Source of the DNA: Phoronis australis
Lineage: Eukaryota; Animalia; Phoronida
Direction of reading: 5' to 3'
DNA length: 64,000 nt
Assembly: GCA_002633005.1 (NCBI GenBank)
Contig: NMRA01000012.1
Location: forward strand, 1,196,564-1,260,563
Below are positions 13,453 through 26,300 of the stretch, piece by piece. How positions within the stretch are numbered: position 1 is the stretch's first letter; each line of letters begins with the position of its first letter. The notes beneath the pieces were generated by a model. It was not told where the DNA came from. It saw nothing but the letters and a program-made list of their open reading frames with translations, and did not search any database. The position numbers and the translations under genes are program-made.

Positions 13453-16400
13453 ATGGCAGCTGTTTTGCGAGTGAAGCGCAAACGAAACGAAGAACCGGTG
13501 GACAAATTTTTGATTGCTTGCAAGAAACTGAAACAAAATGTCTGTGACGAAGCCAGTAGACAACACACCACTGAAGATTTTAAAGAACTGTTCAAGTTCG
13601 CTGGGACATTAAAGCGAAAGGTATTTTTGTTGACTTTGAATCTTCGTCGTTGTCGGTAAACCAATTCCCGTATTCCGCACTCAAGTCCAGCCTCCCGTTC
13701 AGTAACGCTAGGACCTCGCTAAAAAGCAAGACTTCGCGAGATTACGTGAGATATTGCCGTGTATTTTAAATGAGAACACATGACTTTGACTAGGTTTTAG
13801 GTAGGTCCTAGCGTCTACTGAACGCACGCCAGCTCTTCTCGAATGAGGGAAGATTTTTTGATTATACAACGGTGGCGCTGTGTTCCCTACAGCTTCACCG
13901 TCTTTTGACTGTACAGAACCGTTGAGAAGGGCTGAAATGTTACATCGCACATCCATGGATGGTGGATATTTATCCATCTTTATCCCACTTCCTTGAATTG
14001 GCATTGCACTATGCAGCCCATGGCACACCAGTAAATAATACTTTCCCGGCATGACTTAAATATGTTATAAAAATATTCAGACGACAGATGCTAACATGTG
14101 AATTTCCATGGGACCGAAAGCGAGGCTGCTGACCTGCCTGCCACATCTGGAGTTGTGCCACTATTTCGAATCTCACGCCACGGCATGGGAGAGCGATCAG
14201 TGAGGAAGGCGAGAATTGCTCTTTTTGATGCCAATTTACTGCGTTGAGATGCTAGGCTTTGATGTTGAAGACCCAAAATTGATAATTCTCAACAAAAAAC
14301 AACAAATTCTATTAGTCCCAATTTATTCTTCAATTTCGTCTGTTTCACCATATACATATCTTTACCATAGCCTTGGTGCAAATAATTCTATAAACTTTCA
14401 AACTGGACACCCGCACATGAGAACATTATAGCTGACACCCAAAAACCGTAATAAGCATTTTTAAAAGGTAATTCATGGGACTTGCATGTTTAATAAAGCA
14501 GATTTATTGTCTGCAACATCAAATCTACAAACAAGAATGTACAGTATATAACATACCTCAACTTTGCACAATAACAAATTTATGACTGGTGCAGTCGCTT
14601 GCTAAAGTCTGTTTTGAAGTTTACCTTGGTGTGCAAAAACTTGAAACACGGGTGGTGACACAAAGCTATTCTGTGAAAAAGTCACAAAATATCTAGTTCT
14701 GAATGAGTTCTATCATGATTCAGAGGCTCTGTATTATGCGTGAAGGACGTGAGCCAAGCATTGTCGTAGGCCCGTCCAAGTTCAGCTTCAGGGACCGGTA
14801 ACTCTTCCAAAACTGCACTGAGATCCGAATCGATAGAATTTGCATTACTTGTGACTGTTGTGTTAGTTTCCCCGTCACTGTCACCATCACTTTTGAGTGC
14901 CAATTCCAGCTCGTTTTCACTATCTGAGTCAATAAACACTTCCTCAAGAAACTGGTCAACAGTTATCTTACCACGTTTGGCACCAGCCAAGACAAAACTT
15001 GCATAAACTTTCAAATATCTCGGCAACAACTCACGACAGCCATATGTTGTAAATCAGAAAAAATGTACAGGAAACTATGAACTGTGGAATGCACATGCTC
15101 ACATACATAAACAGCATATGGGGCTTTCACAATTTCTGAATGAAATACACCAGTGTCCTGGGGTGAGTACACCCTCCTTGCGCAGTCTAGCCGTAGCTTA
15201 TAGGCGATTGAGTACACCCGACACATTTTAATAGGATAATTGGCATGTCGGCTGACCTCGCCTAGCGCAGGATAAGGGTTAAGTCAATGGCAAAATCTGG
15301 AGAATTATGCAAGAAAATGATGTTTGTTATATTGTTTTTCATTTTTAATTATGGATGTAATGGGCATGGTGAGTGTCGGTTGACTCCCAGATTTTGCATG
15401 CACTACTGCTGGTCATTAGCTCTGCATGTTGATATAAGTTTCATGATGACCAGAGCTACTCGGGCAGTGTGAAATGTCAAGGTCTATATGAAGATTACAC
15501 ACAGGGGATGCTAGCTGTATTTTGACTTTTGTCATAACCCAGCTAGCTGGCTAGTCTGTTCCCAGACTCGTTCGATGATTGTGGGAGTGATAGTAGTTTC
15601 ACCACCTTGTATGTTCGCAATTTTTATTTTTCAGGATGAACCAGTGTCTCAACATATACATCATGTGCTCAGCAAAGACAAGCTGACTGGCACCTACAAA
15701 AAACATTCCGTTGATTTGACTAGCAAAGCAAGGACACTTAGACATGAAGAAAGAAAACACAACCGGTACAAAGTTGTGTCTAGCCATCGATGTACAGAGA
15801 AAGATCATACTGCTGTCAAGGAGGGCGGGGATAAAACTGTGGCAGCTGAGAGTGCTGTTAAGAATGGAGCAGACCAGCTACATATATTTGATGTGGAGCC
15901 AGAACAAAGTGAATCTCTAGACAGCAAAGTATGCTATTTTCGGCAGTTGGTCTTGTTCACACAGAGAATGTATTTATTGTTGAGCCACGTTTTTGGGAAA
16001 TCACCATGTTCCAGTATGCCTTTACTGCCTTCACTAAGTCAATGAAGACATACTGAAGTGTGGTGTTCAAAAATAAAATATACCCCCCTAAATATCGTTA
16101 TATTAAACAGTCAAAGTGCTATAGAATTTAAGAGACTGAGACTAGGTCATGTTTGATTGCCTGTGTGTATTACACCTTATACTAGGTTGAAGGTCTAATG
16201 TCATTAGTTACTTTGAATTGTTCAATGATGGCAAATAGTTCACATTTTTGGTTGAAAAGAATTTTGTGCATGCTTCTCTTTTCTAAAAACTGCAAGCACA
16301 ACGGCTTCAGAAGAAAGCCATTGATAAGTTAAATGTTGACGGTGTTTTGCGTTGAGAAATAAATACAACTTAAGAACGAAAGGTACGCAATCACAATAGT

Positions 16401-19189
16401 ATTTACTTTTCAGCGTGATGTTTGCCAGCCTGCAAAAGAAACCATAATGTGCAATTCTGTGCCATTGGTGAGAGAAAAGTTAAAACCTCCACTGGAAGAC
16501 GAATATGTATATGACATTTACCTCACCAGCAGCTCAAACTTTGACTTCCGTGGCTTAGAGGATGTATTGGCTGTTGAAGCATTCAACGAAGACCTTGTGT
16601 ACGACGACTTCCGAGAAGATCTAAATCAGGATGTTTATGAGGATGAAGATGATAGCAACGATGAGAATAACTGGAGAAATGATTATCCAGATGAGGATGA
16701 GTTTTATGATGGCTTTGGTTAGTATTGACATGGATTTGTTAGTATTGACATGGATTTGTTTGGTAGAATACAAAATGTACTGCTGAAAAGATTTCTATTT
16801 ACATTGCACTGAATAAGCTTATAAACATGTATGAATAATGATTGATGATTTGAATTAAGCCCCTAATCGAGTCATCTAAGTGAACAAAAATAAGTGTTCT
16901 TATCGTGGTTTTTCAGTGTGGAAGGCACCACGCTCAAATTTGACCACGACGCGCAAATTTTGAGCCACAGTGCTCTATTTTTATTGATTGTCATATCAAT
17001 CATGACTATACAGTATAAGTGGTCTCGACCTGTAAAGTGCTGAGTCATTACTGTGCATTCTTCAGTCAAAATCTTAACATTTTTATTGAAATAATTACCT
17101 AATTATAATCCAATTATTTATTAAAAACAATGAACCCAGTAGTGCCCCCTTCAGGAGTTAAAGGAACACTGCGATTATCAGTGTTCCATTCTTCCTACCC
17201 TGCTCAACTTTAAAGCCTATCTTGAACAGTAAGACTCGTAACTTTGGTTTCTGCAGTATGTATTGTTAAGATCATCGCTCTGAGCCTACCAGTGCCACAA
17301 ACTGCCAAATGTAATGAACTGTTGGGCTTATTGGCTAGCTTTTGTCTATGTCACCACGAGAATCATCTTTTAATTCAAACAGCTGTGAACAACACCTGCA
17401 CATAATGGTGTTCAGTTCAGACTCCTATTCAATACAACTGCTAATCGGCATTTTTTGTTTGTGCTGGGTTGTCGCGGTGATGCAATATGGCACGAAAAGG
17501 CAACTTACCTATCACTTGACGGGCCTCCAATAGCAAAAATCAATTGAAGCTAGGCTTTAATCCTGGTAAGAACACCTAAAGTGTGTATACCATATAGATA
17601 ATTTAATTTCTGACAGTGATTAGTGAAAACATACTCATTTCCTTATTAAATTTTGAATTTAAAAAAATTGTTTGTAACAAATGCCAATAAGTGGTGTCTA
17701 AATTGAAATGCTTTCACATGTGGAAAATACCCTTCTTTCAAACAAAGGTGAACTTTGTGCCATTTATTAATTTGGAATGTTTGTAGTTTCTGTCCAAGTT
17801 TACGTGTAGATAACTCTTGAATAATACTGGAGCCTTAAGTCCAACACTACTGTTACCTTTTTGTTAGATGATAGATTTCTTGTATTCTTTATGCAGTCAG
17901 GTAATTTACTTCTACACAATACAACAACACTGCTTTTTAACATACTCTGTCAGAGTCTTGTTCAAAAGAATCATGGTCTTGCAACATCCGAACATTTAGT
18001 GCAGCGAATTAACACATTTGATTAAACAATATAGTGTTGTAACAAATGAAATCTCAGTTTATATTTTTAATTTAAGGCTGCATTTTGCCCTATTCAACGG
18101 GCTAAAAAAACAAAAATTAAATTGGACCTTTTACTGTCATAAGATCTGAGTCATAACAATCCTTATTGTAATAGAATTTCATTTACATTACAAACCGAAG
18201 TCACTAGTAATGCATACATGCCATTTTGTAATTCACAATTTTAGGGTTACTTAGTGAACTTTACCATTTTCTCGAGTCAATGTGTATTTCTATGTTTGTG
18301 TTCGTAACAGAAGTAGAATCCTATCACTGTGAGAGTAAGAAGCCTGATTTTATTTTCAATGGTTAGCCAGCTGCCAGCGGATGGTTCCAAGGACTCCAAG
18401 GTCAGATCCTTGGCAGTCAGTAAGGAGGAATTTGTCAAAATTACACAGTCATGTGCTCGTTTATGCACGCATGCTCAATTTTCATTTAACTATGAATTGG
18501 TAGAAATGTAGTCTATGCGTGATTTTTACAGTCATTATTGAATATGTATGTTATAGATAGCAATGATGATCACCCTGGCTTTGACAGTGATGGTGAACCC
18601 ATCAGTGAAATATTTCGGAAAAAGTTACATGTTGGCTACGGTAAGTCTAACCAGTTTTTGAAACAAATTCTTATCTGTTCAGTTTGTTATAAACCCAGTG
18701 TATCTAAAAAACTTTTGAATTGGTCCACTTGTGGTTTTAAATTGGTGACATTTGTGCAAAGCTGTCCATCGTTTGTGGCCAACCTTGAGGTGAATGTAGC
18801 TGACTTGCATTTAAAACATTCCTTGTGTGTCTTTATGTGGCTGTTGAAAGAAAGTGTGACTTTGGCTGAAAGTGATGCAGCGGGGTTTTTTTTTCTGGCA
18901 AGGCGCTGGTTTCATTCGTGGTGCAGACCAGAACTTAATATCATGGCAATGGTCATTAACAAGGTCTTGGACTTTTAGAACCAGTTAGATGCTCATTATT
19001 CAGTGGATATAACTGGTTCTCAAAATGCAGATACCCGTTAGCAATTTAATGATTTGACTGTGAAGTAGTATAAGTCTGGCTTTTTCAGGCGATGACCTTT
19101 CCAGTGATGATGATGATATTGATAAAGCAGAGCAGTACCCCCGGTACCATGCCACTGTGGATGACTTGGAGGATTTTGACGACATATAG
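13453..19189 (+). CDS. SLC7A6OS: Probable RNA polymerase II nuclear localization protein SLC7A6OS (Iwr1 family), 5 exons, 316 aa
   Basis: Exons (+): 13453-13620, 15635-15928, 16414-16717, 18557-18640, 19089-19189; GT-AG, phases consistent. Motifs MAAVLRVKRKR, IMCNSV, EYVYDIY and the Iwr1 signature EDEDDSNDENNWRNDYPDE. Confidence 0.95.
13696..13824. mobile_element. Small foldback/MITE-like inverted repeat in SLC7A6OS intron 1
   Basis: CGTTCAGTAACGCTAGGACCT ... AGGTCCTAGCGTCTACTGAACG. Confidence 0.55.
14580..15282 (-). mobile_element. Internally deleted piggyBac (PGBD4-like) remnant
   Basis: TTAA at 15279-15282 followed on the minus strand by CCCTT. An acidic N-terminal ORF (15029-14682) ends SELDIL*LF and continues in frame into the C-terminal CRD motif IALCHHPCFKFLHT. 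The left terminus was not located. Confidence 0.75.
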
Positions 19190-20338
19190 CATTCTCTTTG
19201 TGGCCGTCTGAAAACTGAAAGATAACTGGATGTCAGGCTGTGAATTCTTTTCACAGTAGGTGCTATTATTTCAATGAAATTTGTCTGTTGTTGATAATAA
19301 TTGTACTATACTCGAGTCATCACTTTGATGACGTTTACTGTCTGAGAAAAAATCGGAGGCGACGTAACGTTTGTGTTGAAGTCTTTTTACTCATTTACTT
19401 TTACAAGTTGCTTACTGGTTTATTTGTGTATTATACTATCTTAATGAATAGCAGCTGAGTCATCTTTTAGTCTATTATCTGCTGTGTTTGTGAGTCAACA
19501 ATGAAAACATTGGTTCTCTCGTGTAAGCATTCTAAGCACTTGTTTTCTGTCTTAATGTGTGAATCAAATAAACAGAATTTTTTACATATTAATCTTTGTT
19601 ACAATAATCTCGTATTTTACAATAATGAACACAATTTCTGTAGTTCAACTATCCATGATAACATAGTCAGTTATTACTCCCTAGGTCGTGTTGCATTAAA
19701 GTTACAATCCTTATCCAATAACAGCAATATTTAAATAACAACAACTCGATTTTCAGCTATGAAGTCTCACACAGCCAGACCCTGGGCTTGTTACCACCAA
19801 ACTCTAACCAAAAATTTACCAGTCATATTGGGTGAAACTGGAAAGTTTACATGAAGCATGGCACACCATTTGTCAAATTTCGAGTCCAGTCTTGAGTAAA
19901 ATTTGGTGGTCACAGAGCCCAAGTATTCATAGGCTAGTAACAGTACAACATTCTTCATTTTACAAACACAAGCTCACACCATGATTTACTTATTAAGTGA
20001 AGACTACCTGTCACTTGGGATCAGTGACAAGTCCTGCTACCTATTTTGACAAGGAGAAACTACTTCACTGTGTGGCACAGGAATATACCATTGGTTTTAC
20101 AAAGATATAAGTTGAAAGTCAAGTTGCTCCTTTGTCCAGTAGAAGATGGCATGAATCGATCATCAATCCCACATGATCAGTTGCCATAGTGAAAAACTAC
20201 AAGTCCAAGCACACCAGCAGGCTTCAATCTGCTTGACATTGACCAGGTCCATAGTTTGTAGACATCTGAGGTGATTCTCTCCCCACAACTACATAGCACC
20301 ATTACACGAAAAAAAAATGAGATCAACACAAGGTCATT

Positions 20339-23300
20339 TTACTTAGCCCATTTTCCATATCCTGGACGGATTCCTTTAGCATTAATACTCTCTACTACAA
20401 CTCCGTGTTTAAATTCATTCCATTCACGTTTCAATTCCTGTTCCATGTACTCTTGATGGATATCATCCTGAAACAGACAAGTAATGTTAATACTATCACC
20501 AGTTCTAAACTTATGTGCTTCCTTAAACAGGAGATTGTTTCGACACTACAAGCGAATCAGTATCGAGCTTTCAAACAAAAAGTTTAGTCGTGTTTTCAAC
20601 GAAGTTAGTTTTAACAAGTCACAAATTCAAGGACTCTTGCCTGCAGAGTCTCCTTTCCATCTTTTAAGGTAAATCAAAACTGTTTCTAGTAAGCTGATAG
20701 ATACAATACCTTAGTCAGATTTCCAAATGTCCTTTCATTAGACTGCGTCAACAGTTGCAGTGTGGTGCTGTCTAATTCTGTAACATCAAACGTTCTGTTA
20801 GTTGAGGGCCATGCTAAGAGCTTAACGTAACTCTTGCAATATGCTTACGCTTGACACTTATTGGATTACATGGCTGGATTTTCATATTATTAAAACAAAA
20901 ATATAAAAAAATAATTGCAGGCAGTCTGATACACGTTGTACCAGATGTGTGCAGGTTGCGCATGTGGGCCCATTGCACTGATCACCGGGAACCATTTTTA
21001 TGCTTAATTAATATATGGCTAAAATCAAGCTGAGGAGCTAGAAATCTGACTCAAGCGTTTAGCAGTGTGGCCCAGTGGGACTCGAACCCACGACCTCGAA
21101 TAAAGATTGCTATCACACTAGGCCACAATGCCTCCTCCTTCCTTAATATTAAAACAAAAGTTACATGTCTGAATTTTGACCAATCAAAAAGTAAACAGAC
21201 AGTAAGTCCAGACCCATAATAACTTTTTTATTTTCGAAAAAGCAGTGAATAGTCGGACAATAAACAAAACCAATGAACGACTTCAAGGCGCATGCAATAC
21301 AGGCAAGTTGGTTTGCACCAGGGTGTAATGTTTGTTATGGAAGCTAAGTTGTCAAAAGAATAGTTTATTGCAAATGAAGTTATCTGACTCACCCTCCAAT
21401 TTAGCTGCATCCACTACACCCAACTCTAGCGAGGTTGCCGCCACGATTGTACATGTGATTGGTTCCTCCTGTAGAACACTAATTTCACCAAACGACTGGC
21501 ATTCGCTCAGTTTTCCCATCACAACCTGTTTGGACCGTTTTTCCTAAAAATGCCACATTCAATATCCCATCAACCTTGTGGACATATGGTTCATTTTAAC
21601 ACACCAATTGCACTATGGAGGACCAAGAGCACAGAATATCTTCCGAGAAAGAGAGGGAGAGAAAGAGGTGACATCACCACTTTTGAGTTTTCAAATCAGA
21701 TGCTAAACAATATCTCGTTGCTACTTCAAAATCAGTATGACAACGCTTATTGTTTGAAGAAGTGTCAATTTTACTGAATGACTCTGTTATCATATGACTG
21801 CACTGTGATACTGTCTTTCAATTGAATATCTTTGAAACACATTCTGATGCAGTGCTTTTTTAGATGACAAAAAATCATATTTAATTGCACTATATTTTGT
21901 TACACTCTGTTTTGCTATCGAAGTTTTATTGAATTCCATTAACTTAATGAAAAATTTACTTCTACTATTTGAGAAGTTCACACGTTCTGTGCATCACATT
22001 ACGCTATGTACAATGAATGACCGTAGTCAGGTATTGAAGTTTACAGTTTTTCAAGTAATTTATTTACCTTCTTGCCATTTGGCAAAGTGTGCAGAACATC
22101 TAACTGTCTGAGTATATGACACTCTCCTGACTTTATGAATGCTATGAAGGGGGCCTTGTATCCCTCGCTGACTATCACTGAAAGAGAATTAAGAGCAACG
22201 GGTGAGCCTATCTCTCAGGTAAATCTGGTCATCTTAGGACACAATATCACACACAAAATTTTTAATAAAAGTTATAAGTAACAACAAATAAATGCTTAGT
22301 CGCTCAAAGTTCTATACCACAGCTACCATAACATGACCTTTTGTGAAAATGGACATTCACAACAATGTTCATAGCCTTTGGAAAAAATGACAATTATTTT
22401 TGTCCAAAATTGGTGAGAAATTGGAAACCAAAAGTTAATTCAAAGGTAGTGAACCTGAGACAACCCAAAGGAAAATTCTTACTGTAAAAAGGTGAAAAGT
22501 GCTATTTGCTTGGAGAAAGACTTTTATCAAGTAATGGTCTAACATTTCCTTTGGAGAAAGATTTCCATCACGTGGTACTGTAATATTTCCTAGAATTCCA
22601 AACACCCTCTTTGATATTTTGTGCATGTGTCGGAAATATCATAGGTGGATTTAGGGTAGGCCCAGGTTTAAAAAAACGAAAAACATTTTCTTGTTGTGTT
22701 TAGGGACTACGAGTAGTTTTCTTTTGGAAATAGTGATTGGCTCCCTCTTATAACATCCTAGATTTAACAGTGAAAATAGACCTACCAGTGTTAGCTGGAA
22801 AGCTGATCCAGTCAATGAGACTAGCCACCTTGACCAGGGGTTGAGCTGGCCAGAGCCTGTAGGAAGAGCAGGACTGTAGAAGATTCATCTTCTCAGTTTT
22901 GTCTCGCTGGCTGATCTGTTGAATCACCCGGGTGTAGTCTGATGCAGAGATCTTTAAGAACTCACAACCAGGCTCAAGAGTTTGTACTGACAACATTCTG
23001 GAACACAGAGTAGCACATCTTGTAATAAAGGTAAACAGAAATTTGTGACAATGCTGATGCAAGTACACAAAAAGTGCAGATCCAAATGGTAGGGGGAGAA
23101 GTCCAGGGGTGAGTGGGACCCGCCACCCTATTGGAACTTTTGTATTGATGCAACTACAGATATAAACCACAATGATCCCATGTTTGTTTTATGTTAATTT
23201 TTTTCTATGGAAAAAAACTTCATAAAGTGATAAAAGTATTGTAACTGGGTGCTGTCCAATGCCAGACCAAGTCCCCTTTATGGCAATCCAGTGGAAGTTT

Positions 23301-26300
23301 AAAAGATACAGAACTGGTTTCATTTGATTGATTATGGTTTACTTACTTGCTATTCGGATCTCTGTTTTCTAACTTTTCCAATGTCCCAAAACATTCTCCA
23401 ACCCTGAGCTGAAACAAGAACCATCATTAGCACTGGTACAGTTCCAAGTCAAATTAGCAGAAATCATCTTCCCTTCATTTGCATTTCAAAAACGTTCAAT
23501 AAATAAAATATTTCAAGAACTGCAATTAATGCTTCCCCAAACAGTTTCATTTCCAACATTACTGTGCTTTGAGGTAAGCTGATCAATAATAGATACATTA
23601 GCACCATATCTACGCAATCTAGTGAAGTATTGAAGATTTATCTTAGAAACACACTCAATTAACTGCAACTAAGCTTTCAAAGCCTCTAAACACAATTTCC
23701 ACTCATACTGTGTTATCGGCATGGTACAATTTTCATTTTCAATCAGTTATTTTTTACTCAAAAATGGACATGCTGCAATTTTGCTAAGTTTGTTGCCGGG
23801 CATAACTAAATGCGTGAACTTGAAATGCAATTAAAAATGAAGTGTGTTTCTACATTATGAAATTTTTCACCAATTTGTTCCATGAGTTACTTTGACAACA
23901 AGCTAATAATAAAGAAGTACAAACCACTACAGGGATAGCTGGCTCTGGAGTTGGCACCCGGAAGTCTTTTGGGGTTCCTTTGACCCATAAGTGTGGCGAT
24001 GAGCGAGCACTCACTGACCCCTTCAATAACATGTGCAGTCCTGAGCCGCCGAATACCGTGAAGTCTGGCTCACGCCAAATGTCTATTTGAGCAACCACAC
24101 AAAGTTCTTTGAGAACATTTGCTGGAACTTGATTGGCTATTGATGGAAACGTTTTCACAACTTTATAAATGGTGTTGTTGTCAGCAGAAGTTCTTTCAAA
24201 TGAGCTAGAAGGAAAAATAAAATGACATTTACCAAATGTTAATTATTACATTTTTCTCTCTTGTGAATGGTATCGTCACTTATATTTTGTTTTACCTCTT
24301 CTTTAATTGTTGCATTACGTAATTGTATCCATGTATCACTCTGCTGCTAATGGATGTCAAATGAATTAAATATAAGTTAATCTTGGCAAATTTCATATAC
24401 AGAATATTCTTGGGAAAGTTGTTAACTTTTCCCCTATTTCTTCAGAGAGCCACAAAGGCAGTCACATATTTAGATTTCCAAAAAAAATCTGCAAATCTAT
24501 CCAGAAATGACAGCAAGGGAAATTTCGATGCGTTTGTTGATTTAGATGTGAATATGATGCCAGATAGTGAGATACAGAGACTGATCTTTGGCGAAAACAA
24601 CTACTTCATAGTGGCATTGTAGAACACAGCAGTTACACAGGTGATAATTGAGAGGTCATACTTTTATATATGGCATCAATACAATGATTGTTACGGTTCA
24701 TAAGTTCACTTAAGTGATTTTTTTGGATATTTGAACATAAAGAGTTATGTTTTAAGACAAGTAAAATTGTCATGTTTCATAACACAGATCACTTACAATT
24801 TCCTGAGAAGTCTGCGTAATGTTTTAATTCTTTCATTTTTCACAGCCTCTGGAACTTCGCTCTTTCTTTCCCTGCGTAGATGCTTTGTATAATCCCGAAT
24901 GTCATGTGAGAATGATTCAACTGGATCCTGAACTTTATTCTGTTTGTCTGTTTCATCAGTGAATGACCCAAGAGTTGCAAATGACTCCAGAGACTTCTTC
25001 AAACTAAAAAATAACAAACAATTAAGATTTTACAGTTTTGAATCATTAACTTGAATTAAAATTCAACGAAAATGAATAACAGCCACTTCTAAACATCAAT
25101 TAACCGACTAGATTTTTCAAACTAAAATCAACAAAAATGCATGATGACCAGCCTCTGAAAAAGCATCCGCATTTGTCAACAGTGTTTGGAGCAAATATAT
25201 TAAGCAAGTGGGCTTTGAAATCACCAAACTGCAATATACATGTTGCATGAGGCAAAGATCTTAATATATAGTGCTGAGAATAATTACCTGTAGGTCTTTT
25301 GTGAAGAATAGGCCATCCTTAATCATGCATACCAAAGCCTAGCTGACTGATACGGACATAATGAGCTCCAAAAAATTTCTCAGAGCCTGTCCATAACATT
25401 AAAGAAAAGATTTAAACAATTTGTGTTAATGTGGTTAATGTGCCACAAGATAAAAAAATAACTCAGCAACCTCACACGGCATAGAAAATTAGGATGACAA
25501 ATTCAGCAGAACAAAAAGTCTTTCAAAAACCAAATCACAAGGTTCAGCTAATTGACCAATTTAGTTCATGGTCTCACTTGTGACAGACCATCTAAAGTGA
25601 TAAGATGATCATGCTCACCTGTCATTTACTCAGCTTACCTGTGATTACTTGCATGTGTCGATAGTTCTATAGGAACCCTCTTCTCCGGTTGTATGAACAT
25701 TTTCTTATAATTTTGCATGAAGTATTGATGCGCTTCTTCTGTTGAGGATTTAACTCCCCTGAAAAATGGTCATGGAATACAGTAAAATTATGCTACTTTT
25801 AGCAGACGATAGTAATTTATCATTAGGAATCCTAATTCAAAAGTGTCTAATATGGTGTGCCATAAACGTCAAAGTTTAACGACAGAATTGCATAATCATC
25901 TATAATCCTTATCCAAACTTCAACAAATGTAGCTAGCTTACCTTCTTCTAATTCCATCTATGTTGCATAACCAGCTGAGATTCTGATAGTCGATTTGAGG
26001 TTGCTGGATATCAGGAACTGTAAAAGGATAAAAAAACATGGAGGAATATGAAGACAGTGCCCGAGATTCTTCATTGTACTGGTTGCACATAGCAGTCACT
26101 GGTCTGTATCCTCCCAGTGTCCATGGGAGTTTATTTTGATTTGTTTGAACATATCTCTAGTATAAAACAAAAGTAAAGAGGTGAGTAGTGTACAAAGTGG
26201 TGAGACTGCGAACATGATCACCAAAGCTGCAAACCTCGCCACACTCTTCCAGGGCATCTGCATTCGGCCAAATCACAATCAAGGTCCATAATTTCGGTGG

